From: an uncultured Gemmatimonadales bacterium
GTDB taxonomy: Bacteria > Gemmatimonadota > Gemmatimonadetes > Gemmatimonadales > GWC2-71-9
Assembly: GCA_963825055.1 (NCBI GenBank)
Contig: CAWGSK010000013.1
Location: 64,001-128,000 of the forward strand
Reading direction: 5' to 3'
DNA: 64,000 nucleotides
Position 1 is the stretch's first letter. Each line of letters begins with the position of its first letter. The notes below the pieces were generated by a model, which did not search any database, was not told the DNA's origin, and saw nothing but the letters and a program-made list of their open reading frames with translations. The position numbers and the translations under genes were made by a program. Positions 60,997-64,000 of the stretch are shown one piece after another.

Positions 60997-61161
60997 GGCG
61001 GACAGCCGGACAGGCGGACAGGCGGACAGGCGGACAGGCGGACAGGCGGACAGGCGGACAGGCGGACAGGCGGACAGGCGGACAGGCGGACGATAAACTT
61101 TCCTTCCCGATACCCGATACCCGATACCCGATACCCGATCCCCGATCCCCGATCCCCGACT
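60997..61161. repeat. Composite arrays (GGCGGACA)x12 and (CCCGATA/C)x8 between convergent genes
   Basis: 60997-61092 begins immediately after a stop codon; 61106-61161 overlaps the TMEM175 stop. Confidence 0.95.
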
Positions 61162-61742
61162 ACCTCTCCGTCGCAACCGCCTCGATCCGCCGATCCGGCA
61201 CCAGCCATATCAGCGCTACGGCAATGTAGATCCCGCCCGCGATCGCGTGATGCACGAACGCAAGGGGGATCGCCACTACGTAGAGCCCGAGTGATAGCTT
61301 CCCCTTCACGTCCCCCCTGACCGCCCGCGCCAGCCGGGAATCCGGCCCCTGGTCATTCCGGATGATCGCGGTCTGGAGGATGGGGTAGGAGATCGCCGCG
61401 CAGAGCAGCACTACCCCGTATGCCGCCATCGGCAGGACTTGCGAAATGACTCTCCCCCATCCAGGTCGTCACGAACGGCACCAGCGAAAGCCAGAACAGC
61501 AGGTGCAGGTTGCTCCACAGGATCGGGCCGTTCACCCGCTCGGTGATCCGGAGCATGTGATGATGGTTGTTCCAGTAGATGCCGAGGAAGACGAAGCTCA
61601 GGACATAGATGAAGAGGCTGGGCCAGGACTCCCGGAAGTCCGCCCAGGCCGCCCCGTGGGGAATGTGCAGTTCCAGCACCATGATGGTGATGATGATGGC
61701 GATGACGCCGTCACTGAAGGCTTCGAGCCGTTCCTTGGTCAT
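61160..61742 (-). pseudogene. TMEM175-family potassium channel (DUF1211) with a frameshift near 61438; possibly a sequencing error
   Basis: RLEAFSDGVIAIIITIMVLEL, YWNNHHH; C-terminal half ends WLVPDRRIE in another frame. Confidence 0.88.
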
Positions 61743-61793
61743 GGGAGATGGAACATGATGCGCGGAAGCCCGTGAAGCAATGGAGAACGCCGG

Positions 61794-62282
61794 CTAGCGC
61801 CGGGCGGGGCAACTCCAGGAGGCGAAGACGGCGGCGTACCCGACCCTGGGAAGCACCCGCTCCGCCGTCATGGCGAGTCCGGCCAGGATCACCAGGAGCG
61901 CGAGCACGTGAGTCCACCAGATGCGTTGGGCCCACGAGGCGGTGGCCGCCCAGGTACCGGCCACGATCACCGACAGCACGGCCGCCAGATATCCGGCCAG
62001 CGGCCAGCCGCAGGCGCGGGCGTAGGGCCACTGCGTCATCGCGATGGCCAGCGTGCAGGCGAGCACGACGCGAAGCGCCAGCAGCCAGCGCTCGGAACGG
62101 GCGGGGGCGGTTCCGGCAACCGCGCCACGGTGTCCGCCGCCCCCGACTTTGGGCGTCGAGAGCCGGCGAGGCGCCGGGGTCGCGAAGATCATGTCGTCGG
62201 CGCCGGGATCACGCGAATCGCCCAGCTGCGCGAGCAGCCGGTCGACTTCATGCGACATCGGATCGTGGTGGGCATTGGCCAC
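61794..62282 (-). CDS. Hypothetical membrane protein (3 TM); start uncertain
   Basis: EVDRLLAQL, WPYARACG, VLPRVGYA..W.C; hydrophobic segments. Confidence 0.65.
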   Translation of the reverse strand: MANAHHDPMSHEVDRLLAQLGDSRDPGADDMIFATPAPRRLSTPKVGGGGHRGAVAGTAPARSERWLLALRVVLACTLAIAMTQWPYARACGWPLAGYLAAVLSVIVAGTWAATASWAQRIWWTHVLALLVILAGLAMTAERVLPRVGYAAVFASWSCPARR

Positions 62283-62476
62283 GGGGCCCCCGGAGAAGAA
62301 CTCGGCAAGGCGATGGTCGGTTATGGTGCGCATCCACCGTGCCAGCCGGCCTTCCCGCGCATAACCCGTGGTATCGACGTGGGATAGACATGCCAGACCC
62401 CGCGGGACGACTGACTCAGCCTTCGCAGTTCGCGCGGCCGGTCAGGTAATTCCTTCTGCAATCCAGTGCATGTGCC

Positions 62477-62555
62477 GGAACAAAAGGGAAGAGAGAACGA
62501 AGTGCGGCAGCCGCACCCGATTCCTCTTCCCTGTTGCCGCTTCCCTGTTCCCTGG
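62477..62555. repeat. Degenerate heptamer hairpin downstream of the tRNA 3' fragment
   Basis: Purine arm GGAACAA/AAGGGAA/GAGAGAA, inner stem GTGCGG-CAG-CCGCAC, pyrimidine arm of TTCCCTG units. Confidence 0.6.
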
Positions 62556-62562
62556 GTGTTCA

Positions 62563-62619
62563 TGCCCGAGGCGAGAGTCGAACTCGCATGGGGTTGCCCC
62601 CGGTGGATTTTGAGTCCAC
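62563..62619 (-). tRNA. Partial tRNA-Leu(CAA): anticodon arm to 3' end only (att-site remnant)
   Basis: Minus strand GTGGA-CTCAAAA-TCCAC, long variable arm GGGG-CAA-CCCC, GCGAG-TTCGACT-CTCGC, CTCGGGCA; D-arm and 5' acceptor strand absent. Confidence 0.9.
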
Positions 62620-64000
62620 GAAGGTGAGGAAACAAGGGACTCTCCAGACCACTAGAGCCCTCTGGGTGAAGGACTTGTGCCACAATCTGTGGTCGCCTGG
62701 AGTCTACAATGGTCCCCCGTTCAGCCAAAGGTTCCGCCATAGGCCCCCCCCTTGAACAAGGCACCCGGGTGCCCTTGGAATAGGCCCGGTCAGGGGCTGG
62801 AGTCGAGTCCTGCCCCAAGAACCGTGCCCGACATGCTTCAAAAAAAAATCACAAATGAAGGTAGAGGATATTCTGGCCGCGAATCCAACACCTGCCCTCC
62901 GACGTAGACATACAGGCTCCGATCCTGACATGGCCCACTTCGGCGGAAGGTCAGACTCATCACGGTGCCACTGGAAGATCAGCCGGCTCTCCGATCTCGA
63001 GCAACAAACCTCGGCGTTGTTCCCGCCGAAGCCGTCTGCCGGCTGCTCGTCATCAACGGCGACGGCGTGAAGGTCTTGACCTCGACATCAGCGGAAGAGG
63101 CGGAGAAACCCCGGGTCCGGCGCCCTCGCCAGACGCCAGGAGGTGAAAGACGGGGCACTTTTGGTAAGCGAGAATGCAGCAAGTCGCATTAGGAAAGGGG
63201 CCCATAGAAATACGGACCCCCCTCCGGCTGAGCGTGTCGTCCCGGGCCAACTCTGCGGGAGCGACTCTACCTGCCTTCCCGCATCTATCGTGGCGGACTC
63301 CCCCAGATAGAGTATTCCCAGAATGTCAGGAGAATCTCCCGGGCCAGGGCCTTGAAAACTGATGTCGGACTTCTCGAACGAAAACTTCCAACGCCACTGC
63401 AGAATCGTGTCGAGCGGAACCAGAAGGGAGTCTGACCCTGCGATGACCAGGATTTGAGATGCATCGGGGTTTAACCTGTGTCGCTCGTCCAATACGGCAT
63501 TCAAGCTCTCCACTGACATTCGGTTAAAGAGTCCCTCAACCTGAGAGGGGGGTCGGCACGCAACCACGAATTTCGAATCGAGTTCGTAGCCCACGCAACG
63601 GATAAGCGTTTCGATCTCGGGAGGGTCTCCGTCATCGACAGTATATATCGGCACAAAATCGCCGCTGTGAGCAAAGGCAGGCGAAACAGGCACCATCCGA
63701 AGCATCATGATAGTGAGTCTCCACAATATGTCCATTTCGTAGCCTCAGCTGGGTCAAGATCCTTCGGGGATATCATGGCCGCCCTCGAGAAGCTCTCCGA
63801 CTCTAATAGTCACCGTTCCCACACGTGTATTAACTGCTGCGGTTATAGAATACAAGTTTCCTTGGTTAATCATCACCCCTGAGTACCTAAGAGCGCCCCG
63901 CGCTGTTCTGTAGGGATTACTAGGGTAGTGCCCTTGATTCGGATCAATCCGTAGTTGGAAGAACGTTGGGCCAATACTGACCGAATTATAATGCGGAACT
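62620..64000. mobile_element. End of a lower-GC integrated element inserted in tRNA-Leu; continues beyond the window
   Basis: Abrupt GC drop and loss of codon bias exactly at the tRNA fragment; no integrase inside the window. Confidence 0.75.
63088..63735 (-). CDS. Hypothetical island protein
   Basis: Longest ORF in the low-GC region (215 aa); no recognisable motif. Confidence 0.35.
   Translation of the reverse strand: MDILWRLTIMMLRMVPVSPAFAHSGDFVPIYTVDDGDPPEIETLIRCVGYELDSKFVVACRPPSQVEGLFNRMSVESLNAVLDERHRLNPDASQILVIAGSDSLLVPLDTILQWRWKFSFEKSDISFQGPGPGDSPDILGILYLGESATIDAGRQVESLPQSWPGTTRSAGGGSVFLWAPFLMRLAAFSLTKSAPSFTSWRLARAPDPGFLRLFR

Noticed and set aside
60997..61161. CRISPR array
   Set aside because: Units are 7-8 bp head-to-tail with no unique spacers, and no cas genes are present; the same holds for the other arrays.
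60223..61229. ORFs with RLSACPPV / GGQADRRT repeats
   Set aside because: They are read-through of the 8-mer array and overlap better-supported genes.
62563..62650. Intact tRNA-Leu gene
   Set aside because: Sequence 5' of the anticodon stem cannot form a D-arm or the 5' acceptor strand.

Overview
High-GC bacterial chromosomal segment, most consistent with a Gemmatimonadota-like organism (inferred from gene content and synteny). It is mostly minus-strand housekeeping genes: nuoA-L plus the start of nuoM, dcd, mdh-sdhCAB, moaDEA (frameshifted), HU, carA, secG-tpiA-pgk-gap, comF-aroE-ptp-tsaC-ispD-radA-dnaB-udg-coaBC-rpoZ-gmk-yicC, pepA and ligD/ku. Four accessory items stand out. (1) A lasso-peptide-type RiPP cluster (20230-23983) encodes an RRE, a cyclase, a 48-aa precursor with an unusually short 13-aa Ser-terminated core, an HPr-type kinase and a nucleotidyltransferase, but no visible B2 leader peptidase or exporter. 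(2) A family of polarised 7/8-mer tandem-repeat elements sits at gene ends. One of them forms a 35-bp inverted repeat around a lone, oppositely oriented four-helix-bundle (IVS-protein-like) gene (48600-49162), resembling a small cassette. (3) An ECF sigma factor locus carries two CBM48-like glycan-binding proteins. (4) A displaced 3' fragment of tRNA-Leu(CAA) at 62563-62619 marks the edge of a lower-GC integrated island that continues past the window. A Rex-like operator lies just upstream of nuoA. All calls come from motif recognition by eye; no database searches were run.
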